Assembly (NCBI GenBank): GCA_965113315.1
Contig: OZ220370.1
Origin: Podarcis vaucheri
Lineage: Eukaryota
DNA length: 64,000 nucleotides
Strand: one strand, 5' to 3'
The notes under the pieces are model-generated. The model ran no database searches, was not told the origin of the DNA, and saw only the letters and a program-made list of their open reading frames with translations. Positions within the stretch are counted from its first letter, which is position 1. Each line of letters begins with the position of its first letter. A program made the position numbers and the translations under genes. Shown in pieces: positions 11,502 through 22,088 of the stretch.

Positions 11502-14500
11502 ATGGAGGACTCTTTAGCAACTGGACAACAATCCATGAAAACTATTGATGAATGGGGGGTAGTAGGAGGAGCCAGTACCCTGCCGGTGGAAACCAACCCC
11601 ATCAGGACTCCAAGTCCTAGTGAAAAGTCCGCGTCGTGGTATTCCGATGGGTCCCAGGAGGAGCTGGTGGATTCCAGCATCCCAGAGACGATTCGGAGGG
11701 GTCAGCAAAAGACCTGTCGTGTGGAAGGAGGGAGGGCTGCGCTGGAGTGCCAAACCCAAACTCCTCGTGAGGAGGTGCAAGGAGAGACAGCTTCTGCACG
11801 TCCTAGGGAAAATTTTCCTGTTTACACAGAGTCCAGGGAGATGGATTTCTCAGAGGGACTTGATGTGGAATGGATTCGTGATCCAGTGGACGGTGGATTC
11901 CGTTCCAGAGAGAAGTGTCCAAAAGTCGGTGGGGCTATTCGTCTAGCACCAAGATACGACCGGATGGCGTATGATTCTCAAAGTTTGCAGCAACAGCAGC
12001 AAGAGGTGACGGAGAGAGGCTACAGCCGAGGGGCATATGCGCCGGATGTACGCAGGAAGGTGGGACAGCCTTCGTTTAGCCCGGGAAAGACCTACTCGCC
12101 CGTCAATGCTCAACCGCTTCATGTGCCGGTGCGTCGGTATGTGGTCGAGGAGGAGGAGTTCTACCAGAGACCTCAGCGTGAATATGCAACAGCAGCGGAA
12201 CCGCGACGCCCGGATGGGTGGTTGCCGCCTAGCAGAGTTCTAAGGTATGAACCGGTCCCTGTGCAGGGGGGAAACCAGCAACAACCGTCCCCTCCAGGAC
12301 TGACTTTAAATAACTTAAATTGGAGGGTGTTTCAGAAATACCAACCTCCCACTGATGTACTGTGTTACCTAAATCTTTTTGAGAAAACTTGCAAGGACAT
12401 GGGGGTTGCACCAGAACTGTACATGATGGTTTTGCGTTCCCTGGTTTGTGGGGATTTGTCCGAACTAATGGGAACTCTTCCCCAAGATGACCAAAATGAC
12501 TATGAGAAATTTAAAAGACTAGTTATGCGACGGCTTGGATTACACCCTGAGCAATACAGAAAAGCTTTTCGGAAGGTGGAGAAAGGTGGGCTCACTGATA
12601 ACATAGCCGTTTTCTCTGCAAAGATGGCTCAGAATTTTGAACTGTGGCTTGCAGCCGAGGGGGCTCAGGACGCGAAGGATATCAAGCAGCTCCTGCTAAT
12701 TGAGCAGTTGATGAGGTCCCTGTCCCCTGATATTGCTAGCTTGGTTGCAGACCAAAAGCCGCGAACTTTGGAGGAAGCTACCTCCTTTGCTGAGTCCTTT
12801 AGGATTAATCGTCCCCATTGGGCTGCTAAAGGGGGGAACAGTGCTAATAGACCTATGATTGGGTCTGGAAGATCTGCCCCCCCCATCAAAGAACCTAGCC
12901 CAGGTATTCCAACCCCTGCTAAAAACTCTGCTGCAACAGGGGGAGAGCGTCCGAGGTTGTCCCCGGCATCTGGACTGTGTTTCTTGTGCAAAAAGCCGGG
13001 ACACGTGAAAGCCGCTTGTCCCCAGTTGGGGGATAAAAAGCCCCCCATCCTCACATCCACTCCCGCCGTGCGAATGATCCAGCGGCCGGAGGAAGATTGG
13101 GAGGAGGAGCAATTAAAATCCGGAGTGGAGCAGAGTTTGGCTTTGAAGGAGGGTGGGGCAACGCCTAAAGCGGAAACACCTGCTGTCCCAATAACTGCTG
13201 TTAATGTGGGTCCGGTGAGTGCGGGGAGTAAATTCAAAACCCCCCATGTGAACTGGGCAAAGTTGGAGTTTTCTGCCCCTATTGAAGTCAATAAAACTGT
13301 TGTGGAATCGTATCGGGACTCTGGCTCAGACATTACAAGTGTATCTAGAGATCTGGTCCTGCCTAGTCAAATGCAGACAAAGCCTCTGAAAATTAGTCCA
13401 TATGGGGTGGAGGAGATTTATCAGCCAACAGCAATAGTCCCCCTTAAATACAAAGGCTATAGTGGGGACCATTTGGTGATTGTTCACGACCCACAAGTTT
13501 GCAAAAGCCCAGTCTTGGTTGGAAACGACCTTGGGTTTCAAGTTTACCTACAACAACAAACCAAGGTGAATCCGGTAACTGTAGCACCTGCCCCCACCTT
13601 AATTCAGGCAGGGACAGACTTTGTTGAGCCTGAGACAGGGTTGGATGGAAAACCCGGAGAGGAGGGAGAGTTACCAATCCTGGATATGGAACACACAAAG
13701 AACTTTGATGCCCCTGGTGAACTGGGGGATTTGGGTGAGTTTGCTGCGGAACAACAAGCAGACCCCTCCTTGCAGGTTTGCAGGGAGGCGGTTGGGGCCC
13801 CCCTGCGGGGAGAGAAACGGGCCCAATTTGTGTATAAAAAAGGCCTTTTGTATCGGCAGTTCATTCCAAAAAAGGTGAAGGACAAAGACTTTGTTTTACA
13901 ACTAGTGGTTCCAGCAAAGAAGCGGTCAACTGTTCTCAGTTTGGCACATGAGGATGGCTTAGCTGGCCATATGGGACTACAAAAAACTGTAGAAAAACTG
14001 ACTCGATATTTCTACTGGCCTGATGTATATCAAACAACTAAAGCATACGTACGCTCTTGTGTAGTATGTCAAAAGGTGGGGCATGATTGTGATAATCTCC
14101 CCAGTGAGTTACAGAGTGTCCCCTTGGAAGCAAATGTTCTGGAGAAGTGGGGTATTGATTTAGTGGGACCTTTACCAAAAACCCGCTCAGGAAAGCAATA
14201 TTTGTGTATAATCATTGATTATGCCTCTCGTTATGTCTGGGGGACGAGTTTAGCTAACACTTCTGCTAACAACCTGGTGAAAGCTTTACTCTCTGCCTTT
14301 TGCTCTTTAGGAATTCCTAAAGTTTTGGTGAGCGACTTGGGAACTAATTTCATGGCTAAGGTAACTCAGGAGGTTTTGCGAATGTCTGAGGTGCGCCACC
14401 ATACCTCTATTGCTTATCAGCATCAAGGAAATGGGTTGGTGGAGAGAGTGCAAAAGACCTTAGTCCAGATGTTACGTAAATATGCTTTGGCTCACGGTTC

Positions 14501-16490
14501 CAGTTGGGATCAGGATTTGCCTTTGGTGGTGGCTGCTTATAACGACTCCCATCAAAGAAGTTTGGGCTTTGCACCAAATCAGTTAATTTTTGGAAGGTTT
14601 CTGAATACCCCTCTCTCAATGCTGCGCAAGGAGTGGGAAGGGTCTGAGGAGGAGATAAAGTTACCTTCCGTCAGTGAATATTTTGCCCAACTTAAAGGAA
14701 CCTTAGCAGATGTATGGAAATTGGCCAAAGAGAATTTAGAGAATGCCCGATTAGATCAAAAGAAGGTACATGATACCAGAGCGGTGTGCAAACAGTTCGA
14801 GGTGGGAGACCAGGTGTGGATTTTGCGTCCGTCCCGTCCTCACAAATTGGATGTGAAATGGCAAGGTCCGGGTGTTGTAGAAGCAAAACTGAGCTCTGTG
14901 CGTTATCTGGTGAGCTGCAAGGAATTGCACCCCACTGCTCGGGAGTATCATGCAAATTCTTTAAAGAGGTATGCAGAACAAAAGATCTCTGTGCTGGCCA
15001 TTTCACAGAGTCAGGAGGAGGTGCCCTCCTCGCCTGTTGATCTTTTAACTGAGTATAAACAGGCTGGAGCAGTTTCTGATGTGTTGCAGTTGCCGACTTT
15101 AAGTGAAACTCAGACTAAAGAGCTTTATGAGGCACTGCTACCTTACAGTAACACCTTCAGTACAAAGCCGGGTAGGACTCACCTGGCTCAGCATCATTTT
15201 GTTACGGGGGACTCCCCCCCTATTGCCTCACGTCCTTACCGAGTTGGTGAAGCTATTGCACAGAACATTGAAGCCGAAGTGAAAGAAATGTTGGAACTGG
15301 GGGTCATAGAGCCTAGTAAGAGTGCTTGGGCCTCCCCTATAGTGCTGGTTCCAAAACCTGATGGCTCCATTCGCTTCTGTGTTGATTACAGAAAGATAAA
15401 CATGATTACTGTCCCTGATGTGTTCCCTCTGCCTAGGATTGACACGCTGATAGAGAAGCTGGGATGTGCGAAATTTATTACTGTTATGGATTTGACCAAA
15501 GGGTATTGGCAAATCCCTTTGTCCCCTGAAGCTTCTGAAAAGTCTGCCTTTACCACTCATGTAGGCTTGTACCAGTTTAAAGTGCTACCATTTGGATTGC
15601 GAAATGCTCCTGCAGCTTTCCAAAGGTTGATTAACTCCTTGATTCATGACATGAGTGAGTTCTGTTGTGCTTATTTGGATGATCTAGCTGTTTTTTCCGA
15701 ATCATGGCCAGAACACCTTAAACACCTGCAGAGAGTTTTGGCCCGGTTGCAAGAAGCAAACTTGACTGTAAAAGTGTCTAAATGCCAGTTTGCTCAAGGA
15801 GAAGTGGTGTATTTGGGATTTAGAGTTGGGTCTGGAAGCATTAAAACTCTGGAGGCTAAGATACAATGTATTCAAGAGTGGCCTCGCCCTGTGGTGAAAA
15901 AAGACGTGCAGTCCTTCATAGGGTTGGTAAATTATTACAGGCGGTTCATCAACCACTTTTCAACCCTGGCAGCTCCTCTCACCAACCTTTGCAAGAAATC
16001 CTTGCCAGTTAAGATAGAGTGGAATGAAGAGTGCCAAAGAGCTTTTGATTTGTTGAAACATGCACTGGTGAGCAATCAAGTCATGTTGGCCCCAGATCAG
16101 AGTCGGCCGTTTAAAGTACAGACGGACGCCAGTCAAACTGGATTGGGTGCCGTTTTGTTACAAGAAGATCAAGAGAAAAATTGGCGTCCCGTGGTTTATC
16201 TGAGTAAGAAATTGATAACCAGGGAACAAAATTATTCTACCATTGAAAAGGAGTGTTATGCTTTAGTCTGGGCTCTAACTAAACTGCGTCCCTATCTGTG
16301 GGGTACTTTCTTTGAGGTCCAGACTGATCACTCTCCACTGTGTTGGTTGGAAAGAGTAAAAAGTTCTAACCAGAAATTGGCCAGATGGAGTATGGCCTTG
16401 CAAGATTTCCAGTTTAAGGTCACTCACATTGCTGGAAAAGAAAATGTGGTTGCTGACACCCTTTCTAGGATGTACCAATCTGTTCCATGA
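11502..16490 (+). CDS. Gag-Pol polyprotein, 1662 aa from the first ATG: capsid with SCAN-like CTD, CCHC knuckle, protease, integrase, RT, RNase H
   Basis: ATG in good Kozak context (aggATGg). CFLCKKPGHVKAAC (12978-13019), protease RDSG (~13317), integrase HHCC plus D..D..E (GIDLVG, SDLG, VERV; ~13947-14970), RT YLDD (15672-15683), RNase H TDAS/EKE/TDH/ADTLSR. No stops or frameshifts. Confidence 0.96.
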   Translation: MEDSLATGQQSMKTIDEWGVVGGASTLPVETNPIRTPSPSEKSASWYSDGSQEELVDSSIPETIRRGQQKTCRVEGGRAALECQTQTPREEVQGETASARPRENFPVYTESREMDFSEGLDVEWIRDPVDGGFRSREKCPKVGGAIRLAPRYDRMAYDSQSLQQQQQEVTERGYSRGAYAPDVRRKVGQPSFSPGKTYSPVNAQPLHVPVRRYVVEEEEFYQRPQREYATAAEPRRPDGWLPPSRVLRYEPVPVQGGNQQQPSPPGLTLNNLNWRVFQKYQPPTDVLCYLNLFEKTCKDMGVAPELYMMVLRSLVCGDLSELMGTLPQDDQNDYEKFKRLVMRRLGLHPEQYRKAFRKVEKGGLTDNIAVFSAKMAQNFELWLAAEGAQDAKDIKQLLLIEQLMRSLSPDIASLVADQKPRTLEEATSFAESFRINRPHWAAKGGNSANRPMIGSGRSAPPIKEPSPGIPTPAKNSAATGGERPRLSPASGLCFLCKKPGHVKAACPQLGDKKPPILTSTPAVRMIQRPEEDWEEEQLKSGVEQSLALKEGGATPKAETPAVPITAVNVGPVSAGSKFKTPHVNWAKLEFSAPIEVNKTVVESYRDSGSDITSVSRDLVLPSQMQTKPLKISPYGVEEIYQPTAIVPLKYKGYSGDHLVIVHDPQVCKSPVLVGNDLGFQVYLQQQTKVNPVTVAPAPTLIQAGTDFVEPETGLDGKPGEEGELPILDMEHTKNFDAPGELGDLGEFAAEQQADPSLQVCREAVGAPLRGEKRAQFVYKKGLLYRQFIPKKVKDKDFVLQLVVPAKKRSTVLSLAHEDGLAGHMGLQKTVEKLTRYFYWPDVYQTTKAYVRSCVVCQKVGHDCDNLPSELQSVPLEANVLEKWGIDLVGPLPKTRSGKQYLCIIIDYASRYVWGTSLANTSANNLVKALLSAFCSLGIPKVLVSDLGTNFMAKVTQEVLRMSEVRHHTSIAYQHQGNGLVERVQKTLVQMLRKYALAHGSSWDQDLPLVVAAYNDSHQRSLGFAPNQLIFGRFLNTPLSMLRKEWEGSEEEIKLPSVSEYFAQLKGTLADVWKLAKENLENARLDQKKVHDTRAVCKQFEVGDQVWILRPSRPHKLDVKWQGPGVVEAKLSSVRYLVSCKELHPTAREYHANSLKRYAEQKISVLAISQSQEEVPSSPVDLLTEYKQAGAVSDVLQLPTLSETQTKELYEALLPYSNTFSTKPGRTHLAQHHFVTGDSPPIASRPYRVGEAIAQNIEAEVKEMLELGVIEPSKSAWASPIVLVPKPDGSIRFCVDYRKINMITVPDVFPLPRIDTLIEKLGCAKFITVMDLTKGYWQIPLSPEASEKSAFTTHVGLYQFKVLPFGLRNAPAAFQRLINSLIHDMSEFCCAYLDDLAVFSESWPEHLKHLQRVLARLQEANLTVKVSKCQFAQGEVVYLGFRVGSGSIKTLEAKIQCIQEWPRPVVKKDVQSFIGLVNYYRRFINHFSTLAAPLTNLCKKSLPVKIEWNEECQRAFDLLKHALVSNQVMLAPDQSRPFKVQTDASQTGLGAVLLQEDQEKNWRPVVYLSKKLITREQNYSTIEKECYALVWALTKLRPYLWGTFFEVQTDHSPLCWLERVKSSNQKLARWSMALQDFQFKVTHIAGKENVVADTLSRMYQSVP

Positions 16491-16685
16491 AACATGAATG
16501 TGTATTCTGTCAACATCTTCTGCTGAGAAATTATCCTGAAACTGTGTAAATAGTGGATTGGGGGGGGTGCTATTAGTGTGTGTGATTTAAAAAAAGCTGT
16601 TGAAAAAACCCCTGGTCCAAGAAAATCTACCTCATTGTAAAAATAGTTTTGAGAGAATAGAGGGACTTAACCCTATATTCTCTCT

Positions 16686-16696
16686 AGGGGGGAGCG
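16686..16696 (+). other. Polypurine tract
   Basis: AGGGGGGAGCG immediately before the 3' LTR. Confidence 0.85.
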
Positions 16697-17758
16697 TGTA
16701 GTGAAGTTGCCATTGTTAGAAAAATCATTCCTTGGTCAAGAAGACGAGTGTGGCCTTGTGGGTATTTTGTCAGCCGCAAGGACCCTGGGAAAGTGAGTTG
16801 TGTATCTTTAAAACCCAGACTTTCTGGCTCCTTGCCATGAGAGGTTTATGGGAGGAAAGGGGTCCTTGATTAATGGAAGGTTTGGCACCTGGGTTGTGGG
16901 TGTGAATCTCTTCCTCCTTCCCGGAGGTTGTTTGTTTTCAAACTGCTGAGAATTGGGGATCTGGTTAATTTCCACAGGTGGGAGGAAGATTCTTTGATTA
17001 AGGGTTCAAGCCTAAATTGACCCAGCTGCAAAAGAATGAGCTGATCAAATTAAGACTCTTGATTGGCCAAAAGTTACGACGCAAAGTCAGAATTGTGGAT
17101 AAAAGATCCAGGGATGTCTTGTTAGTTGCTCTCTGCCATTGCAAAATGCTAGATGCCATTGCTCTGCAATCCGCAAAGATGCCCGGCTGTAAGCTCCATC
17201 GTTAACAGCCGTTTCGTCCTTTTGAAATGGAAATCCTCTACCAGCTTCATTATACAACATCTTGAAAGGACTCTTGACTATTCTAACTGTGGTCTCTTTG
17301 TGAGTATGTACGAGCTAGTCATACTGTACAATGTTATTGTTTTCATGTTTGTAAGACTCTTAAGAAGTGCCTGTGGTTTTACCACAAGTTTTCAGTTTTC
17401 TTTTTAAAATAAAAACTTTTAATTTAGAACCGGTTAGTGTGTTGGTGCCTTTTCCGGGGAACAGCTAAATCCAAGCCTTCTGCTTAGTCACGCTATACCG
17501 AGTGAACTTCTGCCTGCAAGCTTGTGGATGCAGCTTGTAAGGAGTGGGGATTGCCAGGGTAATTGGACACACTCTCCTCCCTGGGTGGTGTCTCTGGAAT
17601 TCCCTGAACTAAAGGGAGTGGTGGCAGCCTTACCGGTGTGATTTCAGTCTGTGTTTGAAAAGTAGCTTCCCTCGCCAACCTATTCCAGGAACCTGAATTG
17701 GCCGGAGAGCAGAGTCAGGGAGGGGGGAATAGGGTGGACGAGTGGAACCGTTACTACA
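16697..17758 (+). repeat. 3' LTR (1062 bp)
   Basis: Same sequence as 10318-11379 by eye. The ORF-track peptides within both LTRs are identical at a constant offset of 6379. Confidence 0.96.
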
Positions 17759-18526
17759 TATGTGTTCTAATATAACAAACTAGCTAAACTGTATGGTACA
17801 AGAGGCTAGTATAAACCACAGTGTTGTATCTATAGAACAACACAATAGACAAACGGCACACCAGCTATTTTAATATCCTTATTATGAAGTGTGGGTAATG
17901 AATATATTTTAATGATCCAGTATTTTCATATATGCTAGGTTATGTGTAATATCCCAGTATCCTACTGACCAATAATTAATTTTGTTTAAAAACCTAATCC
18001 AAGCTCCAGTGATTTTCTTGAGCTGAGGCCTGGGAAATGATGCTGTGTCCTTTTTTGCACCTCCATAGGCACACCATTCTCTTGTTTGGTACAACACTAG
18101 TTCCTCTTCCTTTCCAGTTGTGAAAGTGTAGGATTATGGAAAAAGAAATTCTCTTTAACTGTTCTGTGATAGAATGAGTATTAGGGAATTTAATCCCAGC
18201 TCCGTGCAATTGCTAAGCACACCAGCAGGAATATTATCACCACAGTATATAAATATATTAACAAGAGAAAGCAACAGTTAACCAAGATTTTTAAAATATA
18301 GCAAGAAACGGGGTTTAGTCCCATGTCTCAGGTAGAACATGTTTTCATATATGCACAGAAAATCATAGGTGTATAATATTGCATTGAATCTGACTTTAAA
18401 CTTTTGATGCAAAACTTGCCAGATGAATTTGGCTGATAGAATGGCTGCACTTGCCATTAGGTATCACCTGTAATCTGCAAAGAACAGATTGCACATCTGA
18501 CTGTTTCCTCCTTTCTTTTATTCTAG

Positions 18527-18545
18527 CCTGTTCAAGAACTACAGG
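18527..18545 (+). CDS. MEP1B: MEP1B exon 2 (19-nt micro-exon)
   Basis: Strong acceptor ctttcttttattctag, PVQELQ-G, donor GTGAGT. It bridges phase 0 to phase 1 as the flanking exons require. Confidence 0.8.
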
Positions 18546-19173
18546 GTGAGTTCTATTTTGTATCTTACTAATTGTGACAAAATAGGGGCAACAAAAGCAG
18601 CTGCTCATGAACACAGCAGACTCAAAAGCTGATTTAGAATTATGGTTAGCAGATTGACATTCTAATCCTAAACGTATTTACTTGGAAATTAAGTACCATT
18701 GAGTTGAGTGGAACTTGCCTCTGAATAGTTATGCTTCTAGAACAATACAGAGGTGGGGAGAACCAAAGGTGTGCACTGACCAGATGGAAGGTGGGGTCTG
18801 TTTTTCTTCCTCTGCCCTCCCTGCACCCCAGTTCCAGGAGCTTTCCTTCTGAACAACTTTTGCCCTTCCATTTATCACCGTGGAGGGGCTACATCAGTTC
18901 CAGGACTGGTGTGGTTTGTCCCTGGTTCCAGTGTTGTGTTGGGGGAACAGACAGAATTAGGATCTGGCAAATCCAAAACCTCTCCTAGCATGACTTCCGC
19001 ATGCTTCCTTTTTGACCTTTTGACATTGGGGCTCTATTGGAAAAAAACACTGGCTATGCATCTTTCTGCAGCCTCATACTAGAGGCTTACAAGGTCTGAT
19101 CTCCCTCTGTGGAAGGACCTCTCTCTCCACCTGTGGAGAGGGACAGTCACATAAAAGTATGGCCTCTAGGATG

Positions 19174-19678
19174 CAGGGGCATAGTAGGGGGGGGGGGGAG
19201 GCTACCAGGGCAATAGCCCCAGGCACATTGTTTTAGGAGGTGTTGCACATTTGGCTCCTCACACTGCCCTGTCAGCCCTGTGCTGCTTTTTGTGAGGCTA
19301 GGATCAGATCTGAATTCACAGGGCAAATCATTCAGATTGGATCCCAGCCTCGTACGGCAGTGCAGGGCTGGCTGGGTGGCGTGGGCAGGATGCCACAGCC
19401 ATGTGGCCTTCAATCCCAGTCTCGCCCTTGCTTTGTGAGGCTGGGATCAAAGGGCGCATAGCTGCTGCATCCTTCCCACATCACCCTGCCAGCCTTGAGC
19501 CGCTTTATGAGGCTGGGATGACCCAAGGGCTGTGTTGGCCAGCTGGGCTCCCCTCTGCGTAGGCGGGCAGGTGGTGCAGCGCAGCCCGCTTGGCTCCGGT
19601 GGCAGGTTCTGGTGGCGGCGGCAAGGACTGGGATGGCGTGGTGGGTTCCGTTGACCTCTGCACCCCGCTATGCCCCTG
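19174..19678. mobile_element. Non-autonomous hAT-type DNA transposon
   Basis: TIRs CAGGGGCATAG / CTATGCCCCTG, 8-bp TSD ctaggatg / ctgggatg (7/8 match), GC-rich interior. Confidence 0.7.
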
Positions 19679-19775
19679 CTGGGATGCCCTGTCAGGGACT
19701 GCAGCCTGCTTGTTGTAATGGATAAAATACAATGGCTATAATTACAACTATCTCTGTTTTCTTTTTGTTTTTCAG

Positions 19776-19826
19776 AAAGAAATGAAGACAGTGGAATAGA
19801 TCAAGATATCTTTGATATCAATGAAG
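19776..19826 (+). CDS. MEP1B: MEP1B exon 3 (propeptide)
   Basis: ERNEDSGIDQDIFDINE, with the meprin propeptide motif DIFDIN. The donor GTTTTT is weak. Confidence 0.9.
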
Positions 19827-19934
19827 GTTTTTTTCCAGCCTAATGTTTTAATTATTATTGTCTTTTATAATAGTGTGTGTGTGTGTGTGATCATGGATTA
19901 AAATGCACTAACCTGCTGTGGGTTTCTTTTTTAG

Positions 19935-19978
19935 CATTGGGACTGAACTTGTTCGAGGGTGATATCAAACTTGATGAG
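19935..19978 (+). CDS. MEP1B: MEP1B exon 4 (propeptide, FEGDI aspartate switch)
   Basis: ALGLNLFEGDIKLDE, 44 nt, AG/GT bounded. Confidence 0.93.
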
Positions 19979-20673
19979 GTGAGTTGAAATGACAAGCAGC
20001 AGTATAAATGACTGCTAACTTGGGGATGAGGAGCCCATGCTTCCCTATTGTAAAAAGGTGATAAGATTTTGCCCTAGTCTGAGATCTTCCCTTGCTTCAT
20101 AGCTTCCTGATGAAGAAGCTCCTGGCTGTTTTTGTAATGCCCACCTTTCACTGCAGCCCCTTTGAAGCTTCCCATCCTTCTACTCCTCACACTTTATTAT
20201 TTTTGGTGCCTTGCCAATGGAGACTGCTACACCTTTAGCATTGCACTACACCAGGCAATTGAAAGGAAGGATGAGATGGGCATAAAGGTCACCTCAGTCC
20301 AGTGGCTGGGAAAGTTGGACCTTGAGGTTGAACCAGGAGCTTCCTCCTCCATGTGATGCCTAAGGCTACAGGAGCTCCATCAGAGTGAGGAGCTATTAAC
20401 CCTGTTTATTAGCTATAAATGTTTTCTTTATGAAGCTATAACTGGAAGTGTCTGGAGAGGAATTAATATAGAATGTCTGAGATAATAAAAGAGGAAACAG
20501 TACTGTAAAAATGTGGAAGCACGACACAGAATATAATCAATTCAGCCATTAGGTTACCATTATTAGCATTTTAATTTCCCCCGCATTGAGATAGATGCCA
20601 GTACAACACTGAAAGCAAAAATGCTAACCCTATGCAGACCACAGTGGGTGGGAGAGATTTACAGTATATCTTA

Positions 20674-20675
<2 letters not shown>

Positions 20676-20710
<35 letters not shown>
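20676..20710. repeat. (GT)n microsatellite
   Basis: Read directly; about 17 units. Confidence 0.95.
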
Positions 20711-20712
<2 letters not shown>

Positions 20713-22088
20713 ATTTACAGCCTGTACATCTCATCCAATCTTATGCTGATAGTTCAATTCAGTTCAATGATTAGACCACTGTATTTAACAGGCTTGTATG
20801 GTCAGAAGATTCCAAAGAAAGTTATAACCCTGTACTTAAGTGTCATGGAAAGTTAGGATGCAGCAGATTAAATTGTGGTTCCATTGTTGATTTTTGCCCA
20901 GGCAGACATACCACTGCCTCAGTGTTTCAGGGAAGGCTGTATAAACAAACGCCCATTGCTTTTCTTAATGGTCTTTTGTCTCTGGCTGGAGTTAGCTAGC
21001 AATGCTTCCTGGAGTCTATGTTGCAACTACAAGTGGATAAAGCCTCTCCCCCAATTCCAGCTATTACTTCTAAAAATGAATCCTGTGCAGCATGCGAGAT
21101 AAGACCTGCCTGCCTATTCCACCAACTTGGGCAAGAGCTATGATTTAAACATACTATCTTTTTCTTTCATTGTTTGGAATTCTGTGTTCTTTGTGCTAAT
21201 AAATCTAAGTTTTTTATTAGCTAACTGGTATGATCTGGTCCAAGAGAATTTAGAATGTTTCTTACTCCATGTGATTACTTTGGAACTCTTCCAAGTAAAC
21301 AGCAAGTACTGACGACCCTCCAGGGGAATTTGATGCAGGGATACTAGAAGATGGCCATGACTTGGTGCCCCAGTTAAATCTTACACCTCCTTTGTAATAC
21401 TTAATAGCCCTACTGCTCTGACAACTTAGCATGTGGCAGCAGCTGTTGACTCTTTGTAGGGTGAATCTAGTCCCAGAGAAAAACTAGAGCAATGAAACCC
21501 CCTTTAATTTGGGATATCAAGCGATGACGTGTGGGATGTGAGGTTAAGGGCCTTCGAAAAGACCTCTGGGATGTCACAATCAAGCATCTAAAAAAACTGA
21601 TTTTATGCTTATGACTAATACAGTATTTCAAGGATTGCCAGTGGGAAACCATGTGAGCTTTGCCCTTGACTACTTAAGTAAGATCAGGTGGTTTTTACTA
21701 CAACAGAAATTGCACCATGCGGAAGGCACACATTTGAATACCTTTTCGTAATAGCTATAAGGAACATGAAGGTAGTGTGTGTGTTTTCACATGAGTGCGC
21801 AACTTTCTGAAATGTTGCATCCAGTGCTTGAGTCTTGAGTCTACATTTGTAAAGAAATCCCAGGGGTGCACAGAATATTCAGTCTTGCATATAGCTGCAA
21901 CTCCACGACACTGAGGCACTTCCAACAGACCAGCCCCAATTATCCAATCCCAGTGTGCAAGAACAATGAGGAACTGGATGCACCACACTGCAGGTGCCTA
22001 AAGAGCAAAAGTCTGAACTCAGAGGAGTCACAGTGCCAACTCTTGTGCTTTCTTTCTCTGGATTTCTTGTATTTGCCTTCCTTTTCAG

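Larger units (their letters stand above)
10318..17758 (+). mobile_element. Full-length Ty3/gypsy LTR retrotransposon, Gmr1-like clade (7441 bp), in MEP1B intron 1
   Basis: Two direct LTRs offset by 6379 bp, TG...CA termini, TSD TATGT (10313-10317 and 17759-17763), PBS, PPT and an intact polyprotein with integrase before RT. Confidence 0.97.

Noticed and set aside
12665-13333. 222-aa antisense ORF and other short ORFs within gag-pol
   Set aside because: Shadow frames of a coding sequence with no recognisable domain.
16491-16696. Possible env gene or classification as an endogenous retrovirus
   Set aside because: Only ~200 bp lie between the pol stop and the 3' LTR, and the enzymes are gypsy-type. 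The IN-before-RT order also does not make it copia, because the RT and RNase H motifs are gypsy-like.
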